A stretch of DNA of 63,431 nt, filler included, from Alphaproteobacteria bacterium (lineage in GTDB: Bacteria > Pseudomonadota > Alphaproteobacteria > Caedimonadales > UBA9215), in assembly GCA_024280495.1 (NCBI GenBank). It is 8 parts of 8 records of this genome, joined end to end, with 100 filler letters (N's around TTAATTAATTAA, not from the genome) between each part and the next. Parts side by side here need not be neighbours in the genome. Positions count along the whole stretch, not along the records: positions 31,502 to 39,045 come from JAJRPZ010000007.1; positions 39,146 to 44,938 come from JAJRPZ010000008.1; 6 more parts are not named here. One strand, given 5' to 3'. Positions 31,504 to 42,356 of this stretch are shown here, one piece after another. The position numbers and the translations under genes are program-made. Numbering within the stretch: the first letter of the stretch is position 1; every line of letters starts with the position of its first letter. The notes under the pieces are model-generated. The model saw only the letters and a program-made list of their open reading frames with translations. It had not been told where the DNA came from and made no database searches.

Positions 31504-31554
31504 AAGTATGATAAAACACAACCGATCTTGTTCGGTATGTCCACGAGGTTCTAG
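31504..31554 (+). CDS. bamA: extreme C-terminus of outer membrane assembly factor BamA (partial)
   Basis: Reads KYDKTQPILFGMSTRF* (terminal-Phe beta-signal) immediately upstream of skp-lpxD. Confidence 0.6.
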   Translation, partial: KYDKTQPILFGMSTRF

Positions 31555-31608
31555 TTTTTTTCTCCCTTGTTTTTAAGTGCAAGGAAGATATTTTTTTATG
31601 GAGTTATT

Positions 31609-32193
31609 ATGATGCGTTCTCTTTTTTCCTCTTTTTTCCTCTTTTTTTCTCTCTTTTTTAGTGCGCCTCTTTTTGCTGTGGTCGCTGATAACTCCCTTAA
31701 GATTGCCATTGTAAATTTTGAGAAAGTCATTCAAGAGTCAAAAATTAATGTTTATATTCAAAAAAATGTTGATGAGAAACGCGAAGAATTACAGGTTTAT
31801 GTAGAAAAATTTGAAGTTAAATTGCGTGAAAAAGAATCTCATTTAAAGGATTTGCAAAACAAAAATGATCCTTCTGTATCAAAGGCTAAAACGGACTTTG
31901 AAAACAAAGTGACCGATGTTCAAAATTCTATTAAAGCACGTTCTAAAATTTTAAGTAGGGTGTTTGGAGAAGCACGTAATAGAGTTACCACCAAAGTAAT
32001 GGATATTATTAAAGATATTGCAGAAAAACAAGGTTATACTCTTTTCTTACCCTCAAGTGTGGTTATTTATCAAAATGGTCATGATATCACCGAAAAAGTT
32101 GCAATACGCTTGGATAAAGAAATGCCAACCATTGAAATTGATTTTTCAGAATTATCTGACTTAGCTACTAAAAAGGATGCACTTAATGACTGA
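31609..32193 (+). CDS. skp: OmpH/Skp periplasmic chaperone
   Basis: Signal peptide, [10 protein letters not shown], coiled coil, DIT.KV..RLD. Confidence 0.85.
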   Translation: MMRSLFSSFFLFFSLFFSAPLFAVVADNSLKIAIVNFEKVIQESKINVYIQKNVDEKREELQVYVEKFEVKLREKESHLKDLQNKNDPSVSKAKTDFENKVTDVQNSIKARSKILSRVFGEARNRVTTKVMDIIKDIAEKQGYTLFLPSSVVIYQNGHDITEKVAIRLDKEMPTIEIDFSELSDLATKKDALND

Positions 32194-33247
32194 TTCACGT
32201 TTTTTTAAATGCTGTGATCCCTTGTCTGCACAGGAATTATTAGAGCACCTTGCATCTGAGCCAGGGGCTGAAAATTTAAAAATGAATTCCCATGCTGCCG
32301 TTAAAATTTCAGATGTAAATACATTAAATGAAGCTGGTCCTCACGATGTGACTTTTTTTCATAATAAAAAATATTTGGATGACTTAAAAAATACAAGGGC
32401 AGGGGCCGTTATTGTATCGCCTGAATTTGTGGAATATGTACCAAAAGAATCCGTTGCTATTCAGTCTAACGAACCCTACAGAACTTATGCAAGGACTGCG
32501 CATTATCTGTATCCTCACGTGGAAAATGATTTTGAAGCCTGTCATAAGAGCCTTCATCCCGAGGCTAAAATTGCCCATGATGTTGTTATTGAGCCAGGTG
32601 TGGTTATTAATGCTTGTGCAGAAATTGCATCAGGATGTGCCATCGGTGCAAATACCGTTATCGGTCGTGGTGTTAAGATTGGAAAAAATACACGCATTGG
32701 CGCTAATGTAACCCTTTCTCATTGCTTAATTGGAGCAAATGTCACCATTCTTCCTGGGGCCAGAATTGGGCAAGCTGGGTTTGGGTTTCATATGGATGAA
32801 AAAGGACATATTAGTGTCCCACAATTGGGACGCGTCATTATTTCTGATGCCGTTGAAATTGGTTCTAATACGACCATTGATCGGGGAACCCTTGAGGATA
32901 CTTTTATCGGTCATGGTACCCGCATTGATAATTTAGTTCAAATTGCCCACGGCGTTAAATTGGGTGAATATTGTGTTATTGTGTCACAGGTCGGTATTTC
33001 TGGCAGCACGCATTTCGGTGATTATGTTATTGCTGCGGGACAAGCTGGTTTTGTCGGTCATATCACCGTTGGAAATGGTGCACAAGTTGCGGCAAAAGCA
33101 GGCGTGATGCGGAGTGTTGACCCAGGGCAAAAAATGGGTGGGCATCCTGCTGTTCCTATACGACAATGGCATAAGCAAGGCATTGCCCTTGGAAAATTAG
33201 CGTCTTCTGGGGTTTCTGGACGCTCTGCCCGTAAGGGGTCAAAATAA
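32186..33247 (+). CDS. lpxD: UDP-3-O-acylglucosamine N-acyltransferase
   Basis: Hexapeptide repeats, [20 protein letters not shown]. Confidence 0.96.
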   Translation: MTDSRFFKCCDPLSAQELLEHLASEPGAENLKMNSHAAVKISDVNTLNEAGPHDVTFFHNKKYLDDLKNTRAGAVIVSPEFVEYVPKESVAIQSNEPYRTYARTAHYLYPHVENDFEACHKSLHPEAKIAHDVVIEPGVVINACAEIASGCAIGANTVIGRGVKIGKNTRIGANVTLSHCLIGANVTILPGARIGQAGFGFHMDEKGHISVPQLGRVIISDAVEIGSNTTIDRGTLEDTFIGHGTRIDNLVQIAHGVKLGEYCVIVSQVGISGSTHFGDYVIAAGQAGFVGHITVGNGAQVAAKAGVMRSVDPGQKMGGHPAVPIRQWHKQGIALGKLASSGVSGRSARKGSK

Positions 33248-33278
33248 AATTATTAAACAAGTTAATTAGGCACTATAA

Positions 33279-33740
33279 ATGACCACTGAAATTAAAGATC
33301 AAACGGTTCTCTCTGTTACAGATATTATGAACCTTATACCCCATCGTTATCCAATGTTAGGGGTAGATCGCATTCAGGATATTATTCTGGGTGAATCCTG
33401 TGTTGGCGTTAAAAATGTGACTTTTAACGAACCCTTTTTTCAAGGGCATTTTCCAGGTGACCCCATTATGCCTGGTGTTCTTATTGTTGAGGCTATGGCG
33501 CAAACTGCTGGTGCTCTTGTTTGTCACAGTGAAAATATTTCTAGTGAAAATACGGGAGTTTATTTTATGAGTATCGAAGAGGCTAAATTCAGAAATCCCG
33601 TCTTGCCAGGGCATGTTTTGAAAATGCATGTTGAAAAAATTCAAAACCGTGGAAAAATTTGGAAGTTTTTTGGTAAGGCCATGGTGGATGATAAAGTCTA
33701 TGCCGAAGCTAAATTCACTGCCATGATTGTTAAAAAATAA
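33279..33740 (+). CDS. fabZ: 3-hydroxyacyl-ACP dehydratase
   Basis: IPHRYP, NEPFFQGHFP, MPGVLIVEAMAQ. Confidence 0.97.
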   Translation: MTTEIKDQTVLSVTDIMNLIPHRYPMLGVDRIQDIILGESCVGVKNVTFNEPFFQGHFPGDPIMPGVLIVEAMAQTAGALVCHSENISSENTGVYFMSIEEAKFRNPVLPGHVLKMHVEKIQNRGKIWKFFGKAMVDDKVYAEAKFTAMIVKK

Positions 33741-33766
33741 AGAAATTTAAATTGGGTACATCTGCC

Positions 33767-34567
33767 ATGACAAAAGAAATAAATATTCATTCAACGGCCA
33801 TTGTCAGTCCAGAAGCAATAATTGGTAATAACGTTGTTATCGGACCTTATTGTATTGTGGGTCCTCATGTGACCCTTGGACAAGACGTTCATTTGCATTC
33901 CCATGTTGTCATCGACAATGTGCATTGTGATATTGGTGATGGATCAAATCTTTTTCCCTTTGTCTCCCTTAATAAAACTCAAGATTTGAAATATAAAGGT
34001 GAAGCATCTTGGATTCGTGTTGGAAAGAATACGACCATTCGTGAATATGCAACCATTCATCCTGGCACCAAAGGTGGCATTATGGAAACACGGGTTGGTG
34101 ATAATTGTTTGCTGATGTGTGGCACTCATGTTGCCCACGATTGTGTGGTTGGTAATAATGTTTTAATGGCCAATAATGCAACCCTTGCGGGACATGTGAC
34201 CATTCAAGATTTCGCTATTATTGGTGGTTTAGCAGCAATTCATCAATTTGTTACCATTGGTGCCCACGCTATTATTGGTGGTATGAGTCCCGTTGAACAC
34301 GATGTTATCCCCTACGGCAATGTTAAAGGAGAACGCGCCTTTTTGAATGGCCTTAATCTTGTTGGTCTCAAACGTCGCGGATATACTCGTGATCAAATTT
34401 CAATGATACGTAGTGCCTATGATACTTTATTTGCATTGGATGGTACTCTCTCGGAACGTATTCAAGAATTGAAAAATGACCTCGGTGGGAATGCAGATTC
34501 TTGTGTTCAAGGTTTGATAGATTTTGTGACAAGGGAAAATAAACGTTCCTTAATGATGCCCAAATAA
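33767..34567 (+). CDS. lpxA: UDP-N-acetylglucosamine acyltransferase
   Basis: QDLKYKGE, HVAHDC, NNATLAGHV, GLNLVGLKRRG. Confidence 0.97.
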   Translation: MTKEINIHSTAIVSPEAIIGNNVVIGPYCIVGPHVTLGQDVHLHSHVVIDNVHCDIGDGSNLFPFVSLNKTQDLKYKGEASWIRVGKNTTIREYATIHPGTKGGIMETRVGDNCLLMCGTHVAHDCVVGNNVLMANNATLAGHVTIQDFAIIGGLAAIHQFVTIGAHAIIGGMSPVEHDVIPYGNVKGERAFLNGLNLVGLKRRGYTRDQISMIRSAYDTLFALDGTLSERIQELKNDLGGNADSCVQGLIDFVTRENKRSLMMPK

Positions 34568-34634
34568 TCTTTTTACCCTTGGATTTTTTATAACTTTTAT
34601 TTTTGTGGTGACGAAATTTGTGAAAAAATGATAA

Positions 34635-34662
34635 AAAAGGCACCTTGTGATAGGTGCCTTTT
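34635..34662. terminator. bidirectional intrinsic terminator between lpxA and rne
   Basis: AAAAGGCACCT-TGTGAT-AGGTGCCTTTT. Confidence 0.75.
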
Positions 34663-34680
34663 GTTTGAGGAATGTTTAAG

Positions 34681-37095
34681 TTAGTCTAATAATTTTTTTA
34701 ACCAGCTGCGACGGCGTGGTTTTCCTTTTGGTTTGTCGTCGGCGGAGGGCACAGCCTCTTTTTTAACCGTAGCAGATTTCTCTTCTTTTTTTATTTCGCT
34801 ATTGGCGACTTTTGCCTTAGGTTTTATTTTTTTGTCGACAGCTTTGATGTCAGTTTTCGTCCCAGACTTTTTTTCAGCCTCTTTTTTCTCAGGTATTTTT
34901 TTCTCAAGGGTTTTATTTTCAGAGTTCTTATTGGAAGGTGAACGACGGCGATTTCGCACGCCTGCCTTTTTAGGAGAGGATCCTTGAGCTGCTTTAGGAG
35001 TTGAATTTTCTGCAACTTTAGGAGTTGGTCCCGCTGCTTTTTTAGGGGAGGGTTTTTCAGAATCAATTTTATCATTTTGAGTGAGGGGGGTAGTTTTATT
35101 GCCTTCGGTTGTCATTTTCCCTTTATCATCAGTATCTTTTTGATGGCGGTTACGATTGCCACCTCGACGGCGATTGCGATTGTTGCGGTTTTTACCCTCA
35201 GGTTTATTTTCGGAAGAATCCCCCTGTTTTTTATCCCGAATTTCCTGAGTTTCGCTGCCACTGTCTTTCTTTTGGGGACGGCGATTGTTGTTGCGTCGTC
35301 CTTGATCTTTGGTGTCTTCACGTTTTCCTTGGCCACGGAGGTCGTTCTTTTGGGAAGAATGACGTTGTGTAGAAATGCGTAATTGAGTTAAGTCAATTTC
35401 TGTTGCATTTTCCTCGGGAGTCCCTTCTTTTGTTTTTCGTTCCAATTGAAACATTTTAAATTGAGGGGCTATAAAGTTTGGGTCACCAAAAATTTGGACG
35501 GTCATGCTGTGACGTTCTTCGATCTTAGCCAAATGAGTACGTTTTTCGTTGAGGATATAAAAGGCAACATCCGAAGGGACGACGGTTTTAATTTTTGCTG
35601 AACGATTGGTTATCCCTTCTTCTTCGAGGGATCTCAATACCAAGAGAGACATTGATTCAGTTGATCGCACATAACCTGTTGCATGACAATGGGGACAGGG
35701 GATAGAGCTCGTTTCTAGCATGCTGGGGCGTAAGCGTTGTCGGGATAATTCCAGCAAGCCAAAGGGAGATATTTTTCCCATTTGAACGCGGGCACGGTCA
35801 TTTTTAAAAGCTTCCCGCACTTTGCGTTCTACTTGTCCAGTATGACGTCGGTCATCCATGTCGATAAAATCGATGACCACGAGGCCAGCAAGATCTCGCA
35901 AGCGCACTTGGCGTGCAATTTCAACGGCGGCTTCGAGGTTGGTATTCAATGCCGTGTCAGAAATATGACGTTCTTTTGTGGCACGTCCTGAGTTAATATC
36001 AATGGAAACAAGGGCTTCCGTAGGGTTGATCACAATGGATCCTCCAGACGGTAACATTACTGTTGATTCGTGCATTTTTTCAATTTGTTGTTCGACTTTA
36101 TGTTCGATGAATAAAGGAACACGTTCACTCTTATAGAGCTTGATGTTTTTTGCATGGCTTGGTAAAAGTTTTTTCATAAAGGCTTTGGCGGATTTATGAC
36201 ACTCTTCACCTTCAACGAGAACTTCTTCAATATCTTTGTTATACTGATCACGAATGACGCGTTTGATAATGCTGTCTTCTTGATAAATCAAAGATGGCGC
36301 CATAGATTTTAATGTTAAATCACGAATTTCACCCCATTGACGCATAAGATAAGTAGCATCACGTTTGATTTCGGTTTTTGTGTGACCGCGCCCAGCCGTG
36401 CGAATAATCATCCCCATTTCTTTTGGCATTTCTAAAGATACTAGAACTTCGCGGAGTTTTTTGCGTTCCTTAGGATTTGAGATTTTCCTAGAAATCCCCC
36501 CAGCTTGTGGAGAGTTGGGCATCAACACGCAATAGCGACCTGCAAGTGACATATACGTCGTGAGGGCGGCACCTTTTTGACCACGTTCTTCTTTTGTGGC
36601 TTGAATTAAGAGGATTTGATTTTTATGAATGACTTCTTGGATTTTGTACATTCTATGAAGGGCAGGTCGACGGCGTCGTGCATCTTCTTGATCTTCATCT
36701 GAGTGATCAACGCTTTCGCCAGCAATGGTAGATACGGCGTCTTCTTCATCTTGAGGGGTTTTATCATCATTTTCAGGGATATCTATTTCCTGGATTAATT
36801 CTACGGCATCTTGAAGTTTTGCTTCAAGGACTTCGCGATCAGAAACGGGAATGCGAAAATAATCAGGATGGATTTCACTAAAGGCTAGAAAACCATGGCG
36901 GTTGCCCCCATAATCCACAAAAGCAGCTTGCAAGCTTGGCTCGACACGCATCACTTTTGCAAGGTAAACATTACCTTTGATGGTTTGTTTGTGCAGGGTA
37001 TCGATGTCATATTCGACAAGACGTTTTTTTTCATCGATGAGCGCAACCCGTGTTTCTTCTTTGTGGGCGGCATCAATTAATAGTTTTTTTGACAT
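34681..37095 (-). CDS. rne: ribonuclease E
   Basis: EPSLQAAFVDYG..RHGFL, IDINSG, IDFIDM, CPHC Zn-link, long Arg/Lys-rich disordered C-terminus. Confidence 0.95.
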   Translation of the reverse strand: MSKKLLIDAAHKEETRVALIDEKKRLVEYDIDTLHKQTIKGNVYLAKVMRVEPSLQAAFVDYGGNRHGFLAFSEIHPDYFRIPVSDREVLEAKLQDAVELIQEIDIPENDDKTPQDEEDAVSTIAGESVDHSDEDQEDARRRRPALHRMYKIQEVIHKNQILLIQATKEERGQKGAALTTYMSLAGRYCVLMPNSPQAGGISRKISNPKERKKLREVLVSLEMPKEMGMIIRTAGRGHTKTEIKRDATYLMRQWGEIRDLTLKSMAPSLIYQEDSIIKRVIRDQYNKDIEEVLVEGEECHKSAKAFMKKLLPSHAKNIKLYKSERVPLFIEHKVEQQIEKMHESTVMLPSGGSIVINPTEALVSIDINSGRATKERHISDTALNTNLEAAVEIARQVRLRDLAGLVVIDFIDMDDRRHTGQVERKVREAFKNDRARVQMGKISPFGLLELSRQRLRPSMLETSSIPCPHCHATGYVRSTESMSLLVLRSLEEEGITNRSAKIKTVVPSDVAFYILNEKRTHLAKIEERHSMTVQIFGDPNFIAPQFKMFQLERKTKEGTPEENATEIDLTQLRISTQRHSSQKNDLRGQGKREDTKDQGRRNNNRRPQKKDSGSETQEIRDKKQGDSSENKPEGKNRNNRNRRRGGNRNRHQKDTDDKGKMTTEGNKTTPLTQNDKIDSEKPSPKKAAGPTPKVAENSTPKAAQGSSPKKAGVRNRRRSPSNKNSENKTLEKKIPEKKEAEKKSGTKTDIKAVDKKIKPKAKVANSEIKKEEKSATVKKEAVPSADDKPKGKPRRRSWLKKLLD

Positions 37096-37637
37096 TTTAA
37101 ACTCCGTTATCAAATTCGTAAACTTGATTTAATATGGAGTTATAAGAGGATTGTTTGACTTATTTTAGAGAGAAGCCTTCGCAGTATCAAGGGTCTCTCT
37201 TTGTATTAAAGAATAAAGGGCTCTCAATACATAAAGCACGAAGAACTGACTATTCACCCGAAGAAAAGCAACGGGTTTCTTAATATTAGAGATGCGCGTT
37301 TTGACGTTGGTCTGCAATTTGTTCTCTTTTAAAATCTAATCTTTTATAATCATTATAACTCTGGCCTGATTGAGGGGCAAAATTGACGGGGCGTTTAAAG
37401 CCAATAACGGTGGCTGTCCCAAGCAAGGCGGATCTCAAATAAGGCATTTAACAAACATGTTTTTATTTTGACAACACAATTGGCGTTGAATTTTTGAAAA
37501 TTCAATTGATGCCTGTTGCGAAAATATCACATGCAACAAAAATATTACTAAATCATTCTAGTCTTTTTTATGAAAAGGTACAAATGAATTTTTTTTGTGT
37601 GTATAAAGGAAACCCCGACCTTAAATGGAGTTTTAAT

Positions 37638-38186
37638 ATGAATATTTATATCGTTGGTACATCAGGGGTTGGTAAAACCACCCTTGCCAATCAATTGTCT
37701 CAAAAATATGGACTTGAACATGTTGAGCTTGATGCAGAGCTTTTCCTGGAAGGCTGGAAGGCTCGCAAAAAAAGTGTTTTTCGTAAACGGGTAATGAAAA
37801 AGGTTTTTACCCTTCAAAAAGAACGAAAGTCCTGGATTATGTGTGGTAACTATAGGGTTATTATACCTCGTTTGTCACGTGACTTGGATTTAATCATTTG
37901 GTTGGATTATTCTTTTTACCTTATTTTCTGGCGCCTTTTAAAGCGTACTTTTCGCCGTTTACTTTCCCAGGAAAAATGTTGTGGTGATAACCAAGAGTCT
38001 TGGCGACAACAATTTTACTCCCGTAAATCTATATTTTTGTGGATGTTTAAGACTTTTTTAAAAAATAAAATTCGATATTCTCGCCTTATGCAAAAAGAGA
38101 CGTATAAACATAAGGTTGTTCGTTTGCGGTCACCAAAAGAATTACGCTATTTTGTAAAAAAAATAAATGAACGATTTTCTATTTAA
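37638..38186 (+). CDS. P-loop kinase (adenylate-kinase-like / FlaR-like)
   Basis: IVGTSGVGKTTLA, ELD, GNY, IWLD. Confidence 0.8.
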   Translation: MNIYIVGTSGVGKTTLANQLSQKYGLEHVELDAELFLEGWKARKKSVFRKRVMKKVFTLQKERKSWIMCGNYRVIIPRLSRDLDLIIWLDYSFYLIFWRLLKRTFRRLLSQEKCCGDNQESWRQQFYSRKSIFLWMFKTFLKNKIRYSRLMQKETYKHKVVRLRSPKELRYFVKKINERFSI

Positions 38187-38236
38187 TTTAGTTATTTGAA
38201 ATATTCAAAAGATACCGTAATGTTAAAAAGTATATT

Positions 38237-38941
38237 TTGTTAAACAGGTTTGTTTTTGTGAGTTTGCGCCGTGATAATATGGTTTTTGGTCAGTTTTTAC
38301 CCAATAAATTGACGAATGAAGGAATTGTTCAGGCTTTTCGCTCGACGCCTTATGAAAAATTTCTTCCACAAAGCCTTGGGAAAATCGCTTATTGTGATGC
38401 TCCCTTAAAGCTTGAGAATCAGACAGGGGATCGTTATGTATTGCCACCTTTGACTCTTATGCGTCTTTTTCAAGCGGCAAAAATCAATCGACACGAACGG
38501 GTTCTTCTTGTTGGAGACCCAACGGGGTATGTGGCTATTTTATTGAGTTATATTGCGCAACAGGTTACGTCCCTTGAACCAAACCCCCTTTGGTTTTCTC
38601 ATCTTTCAAAAGCAGTTAGTAATCGATCGCCCCATAATGTCACTCTTTTTAAAGGCCCATATAGCGAGGGGGTAAAAACCCAAGCACCTTTTGATTGCAT
38701 TATTGTGGTTGGGGATTTAAGTGGGCAGATCGATCAACTTTTAAGGCAATTGAAACCCAGGGGACGTTTGTTGGGATTTGAAGCTCTTTTGCGGGGGGCT
38801 CAAAAAGGTATTTATTTTTCCAAGGCCTTTAGCCTTCAAAAAAAAGAACGCAGCCGAACAAAAAAATATCTTTTTGAAGCCGCTGCTCCTTGTTTTTTGC
38901 ACAGTGAAATAGCAAAAAATCAAAAAGATTTTTATTTATAG
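38237..38941 (+). CDS. pcm: protein-L-isoaspartate O-methyltransferase family
   Basis: R.NMV..Q..PN, EKFLP...AY.D, VLLVG..TGY.A, APFDCI, QLKPRGRL. Confidence 0.75.
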   Translation: MLNRFVFVSLRRDNMVFGQFLPNKLTNEGIVQAFRSTPYEKFLPQSLGKIAYCDAPLKLENQTGDRYVLPPLTLMRLFQAAKINRHERVLLVGDPTGYVAILLSYIAQQVTSLEPNPLWFSHLSKAVSNRSPHNVTLFKGPYSEGVKTQAPFDCIIVVGDLSGQIDQLLRQLKPRGRLLGFEALLRGAQKGIYFSKAFSLQKKERSRTKKYLFEAAAPCFLHSEIAKNQKDFYL

Positions 38942-38946
38942 GGTGT

Positions 38947-39045
38947 ATGATGTTGGATATTTTAACTGTTCAGGGACTAAAAGAAAAACAAGACAAGGCT
39001 CAACAGGAAAAATCATTTTCTTTTTCTTTATTGGATGTGCGAGAG
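38947..39045 (+). CDS. rhodanese-like protein, N-terminus (partial)
   Basis: Reads MMLDILTVQGLKEK...LLDVRE; typical position after pcm. Confidence 0.55.
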
Positions 39046-39145
39046 NNNNNNNNNNNNNNNNNNNNNNNNNNNNNNNNNNNNNNNNNNNNTTAATTAATTA
39101 ANNNNNNNNNNNNNNNNNNNNNNNNNNNNNNNNNNNNNNNNNNNN
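39046..39145. other. artificial contig spacer
   Basis: N-run + TTAATTAATTAA + N-run. Confidence 0.99.
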
Positions 39146-39822
39146 TCTATAAAAAGGGGCATCAAAAAGAAGGGCGCATTCATAAATGAAGGGCCTTGTG
39201 CGAGGTCTGGTATAAAAAAGAAAAAGAGTTTTAAAAATCTTATCAGGGAGTCAGAAGCCTCTGGAAAGAGACCCGTAAAAGTGAGGAATACGGATGATTT
39301 GAGACGTGCAAGTATATAGAAAAAAGCCGTTACTATCATGGCTTTGGTCGTGTTTAGTTTTTGAATGAAAAAAAGTAATACTAGGATTATAAAACTCCCC
39401 TCTAGAAAAAGTCCTGCGGCATATTTCAAACTCATAAGTCCTGTCATTATCTGGGGAATCAATAAAAAATGACTCAAAAAAGAAACCATCATAAGGCTTG
39501 TATAAACCATAATTCCACAGAAAAATAATTGTGCAAAAATATATTTTTCATGGGGGATATTAGTTAATAAAAGATCATATTCACTGGTCGTTTTGATCTT
39601 GGAAACATAGATGGAAAGCAAAATTATGCTCATGAAGAAAGCAAAAAGTCTTGAGCATTCTCCCATAAGGACGAGGGAGGCTTGGGTACTTTCTAGGGGT
39701 GCCATTTGCCCCAAAAAATAACATAAAAACAAAAACAACGTCAAAAAAAAGGGATAAAGAAAAAGGGTTTTTTCCCGTAAAATTATTTTAAAAAAATGCT
39801 GAATGAGAAGGGATGATTGCAT
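39146..39822 (-). CDS. integral membrane protein, possibly ABC-2-type permease (3'-truncated)
   Basis: At least 5 hydrophobic helices; only 2 bp after the pgsA stop. Confidence 0.55.
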
Positions 39823-39824
39823 AG

Positions 39825-40373
39825 TTATTTCAAATATTTCAGGCTTTGTTTAAGATAATCATATCCTGTGATGAGAGTCAAAATACCAGCGACCCAAAAG
39901 GTCACAAAACCCACAAAAGTAAAGGGTATTACCGTGATAGTGTCATTAATAATCAAACATCCTATACCTGTCATTTGAAAGCCAGTTTTCCATTTAGCAA
40001 GGTACGTCACAGGAAGAGTTACATTCATGGATCCAAGGTATTCTCGTAAACCAGAAACTAAGATTTCACGACAAATAATAATAATGGCAGGAATAATAGT
40101 CAGACCTGAAATATGATCAAACCCCACAAGCATGATAATAGCCGCTGTGATAAGGAGTTTATCTGCAAGGGGATCAAGAAAACGCCCAATGTTGCTTTCA
40201 TGTTGATGTTGGCGCGCAAGGGCGCCGTCGAAATAATCGGTTAGACCCGCAATGGTGAATAGAACTCCAGCAGAAATAACCCCATAGGGGCCAGGAATAT
40301 AAAAAAGGGCAATCAAAACAGGAATGATTAGAATACGTATGAGGGTGAGAATATTTGCTGGCGTGGTGAGCAT
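39825..40373 (-). CDS. pgsA: CDP-diacylglycerol-glycerol-3-phosphate phosphatidyltransferase
   Basis: NILTLIR, TDYFDG.LAR, GRFLDPLADK, REILVSGLRE; follows uvrC. Confidence 0.96.
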   Translation of the reverse strand: MLTTPANILTLIRILIIPVLIALFYIPGPYGVISAGVLFTIAGLTDYFDGALARQHQHESNIGRFLDPLADKLLITAAIIMLVGFDHISGLTIIPAIIIICREILVSGLREYLGSMNVTLPVTYLAKWKTGFQMTGIGCLIINDTITVIPFTFVGFVTFWVAGILTLITGYDYLKQSLKYLK

Positions 40374-40405
40374 GGGGCAGACCTATTTTTTTATAATAAT
40401 GGATC

Positions 40406-42322
40406 TTAGCTTGAATGGATAAAAGAATAAATACTTTTTGCCAAGTTTTTTGAGATTCCATCAATGGCTTCAAAATCCTTTTGTGAAGCGGCTTTGACCG
40501 ATTGGGCCGTGCCAAAATGATGAAGAAGTGCTTTTTTACGGGCTGCTCCCACGCCAGGAATGCCATCAAGAATAGATTTTACCATGGATTTTGTGCGTTT
40601 TGTCCGATGAAATGTGATGGCAAATCTGTGGGCCTCATCCCGCAGTCTTTGTAAAAAATACAAGGCAGATTTATTATGATTTAGCTTAAATCCCTGAGGG
40701 GTTTCTTTAGTAAAAAAAGTTTCATTTCCCGCATTTCGTTCGACACCTTTTGCGATGCAGAGTAAGGGGATTTTGATGTCGTTGGCCTCAAAAATTTCTT
40801 GAGCTGCACTCATTTGTCCTTTCCCTCCATCAATAATCACAAGGTCGGGGAGGGGGCTTTTGTTAATATCTTTTGAAAGGGAGCCTTTAAAACGACGTTT
40901 TAAGACTTCTTTCATCATGGCAAAATCATCGCCAGGGGTTATGGTATCAGATTTAATATTGAATTTTCGATAGTGTTTTTTTTCGAATCCATCCACCCCT
41001 GAAACAATCATTCCGCCAATGGCGTTGCTGCCTTGGATATGACTGTTATCATAAACTTCAATGCGCTGAATAGGGGTGGTAAAGGATAAAATATGAGTTA
41101 AATTCTCGAGATTTTCCTGGGCTGATTTTCGTGTCAAATTTTGACGTTCGAGGGCTTCCATAGCATTTTTTGAAACGGATTCGAGAATAGTTAATTTTTC
41201 ACCTCTCTGGGGGCGGTGAAAATGGATTGTTTTATTTTTTCCCTCTTGTGAAAGGCGTTCTCGTAGGGCTATAAGGGCTTTCTTAGTGAGGGAGTCTGTC
41301 ATGGAAATATTAGAAATGATATGAGATGGTGGACAAGTGTTTTCATAAAATTGAAGGAGAAAAGCCTGAAAAACATCAGAAGAGGAGATATCTGATGTTT
41401 CCTTGAGGAAAAAACTTTTTGTGCCGTAATTGCTACCATTGCGATAGAAAAATCCTTGGATGCAAACTTGTCCCCCAAGGGATTCGAGAGCGAAAATATC
41501 GGCATCATCACTATTTTTAAGATTAATATTCTGATGGGATTGTATTGAGGTAAGGGCCTTAATTTGATCACGTAAAAGCGCAGCTTGTTCGAATTTTTCT
41601 TTGTGGGAAAAGGCCAGCATTTTTTCTTGAAGGTCATGCTGAACTTCTTGAGTCTTACCGTTAAGGACGCGTTTTACATTCAATATATTGAGGTCATATT
41701 CTTTATTATAGGTTTCTTGGGCATCTTTTGGTGCACTTTTTTGGACACCCTTTTGAATACAAGGTGCGCTGCATCTTTTTATATGATATTGCAAACAGGG
41801 ACAAGTTCTTCCTTTGAAATAAGAATCCGCACAGGAACGAATTTTAAAGCTTTTTTGCAAGGCTAAAATAACGTGGTCAATGGCATTTATGGAAACAAAA
41901 GGTCCAAAATAATCGCCTTTATCATGGGGGCGACCGCGCTGTTTTGAGAGACGCGGGTAGGGTGCTTCAGAAAGATGAATATAGGAAAAAAACTTGTCGT
42001 CCTTTAGACGAATATTATAGGGTGGGTCAAATCGTTTGATAAGGTTAGCTTCGAGAAGTAGGGCCTCTACTTCAGATGAAGTCACCACAAATTCCATGGA
42101 TATGGTTTCGGAAATCATCCGCTGAAGGCGCCGTGGTTGGTTTTGTGATTTGGTATAACTGGTGACGCGATTTTTAAGATTGAGGGCCTTACCCACATAT
42201 AAAACTTTTTGACGTGCCCCTATCATACGGTATACGCCAGGCTTTGAGGGCAATGTTCTCACATGGGCCATTATGGTGTCGAGTCCATTTTTTAAAGAAG
42301 GGACAATGGAGGGGGTAATCAT
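40406..42322 (-). CDS. uvrC: excinuclease ABC subunit C
   Basis: PGVY...LYVGKA, IEVYDNSHIQG, DDFAMM, IDGGKGQ, RDEAHRFA, HhH motifs. Confidence 0.97.
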   Translation of the reverse strand: MITPSIVPSLKNGLDTIMAHVRTLPSKPGVYRMIGARQKVLYVGKALNLKNRVTSYTKSQNQPRRLQRMISETISMEFVVTSSEVEALLLEANLIKRFDPPYNIRLKDDKFFSYIHLSEAPYPRLSKQRGRPHDKGDYFGPFVSINAIDHVILALQKSFKIRSCADSYFKGRTCPCLQYHIKRCSAPCIQKGVQKSAPKDAQETYNKEYDLNILNVKRVLNGKTQEVQHDLQEKMLAFSHKEKFEQAALLRDQIKALTSIQSHQNINLKNSDDADIFALESLGGQVCIQGFFYRNGSNYGTKSFFLKETSDISSSDVFQAFLLQFYENTCPPSHIISNISMTDSLTKKALIALRERLSQEGKNKTIHFHRPQRGEKLTILESVSKNAMEALERQNLTRKSAQENLENLTHILSFTTPIQRIEVYDNSHIQGSNAIGGMIVSGVDGFEKKHYRKFNIKSDTITPGDDFAMMKEVLKRRFKGSLSKDINKSPLPDLVIIDGGKGQMSAAQEIFEANDIKIPLLCIAKGVERNAGNETFFTKETPQGFKLNHNKSALYFLQRLRDEAHRFAITFHRTKRTKSMVKSILDGIPGVGAARKKALLHHFGTAQSVKAASQKDFEAIDGISKNLAKSIYSFIHSS

Positions 42323-42356
42323 TTTTATACTCGAGTTTTAACCTCTTTTATGAAGT

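Noticed and set aside
34681..35400. Low-complexity Lys/Arg-rich region in rne
   Set aside because: Normal disordered degradosome scaffold of RNase E.
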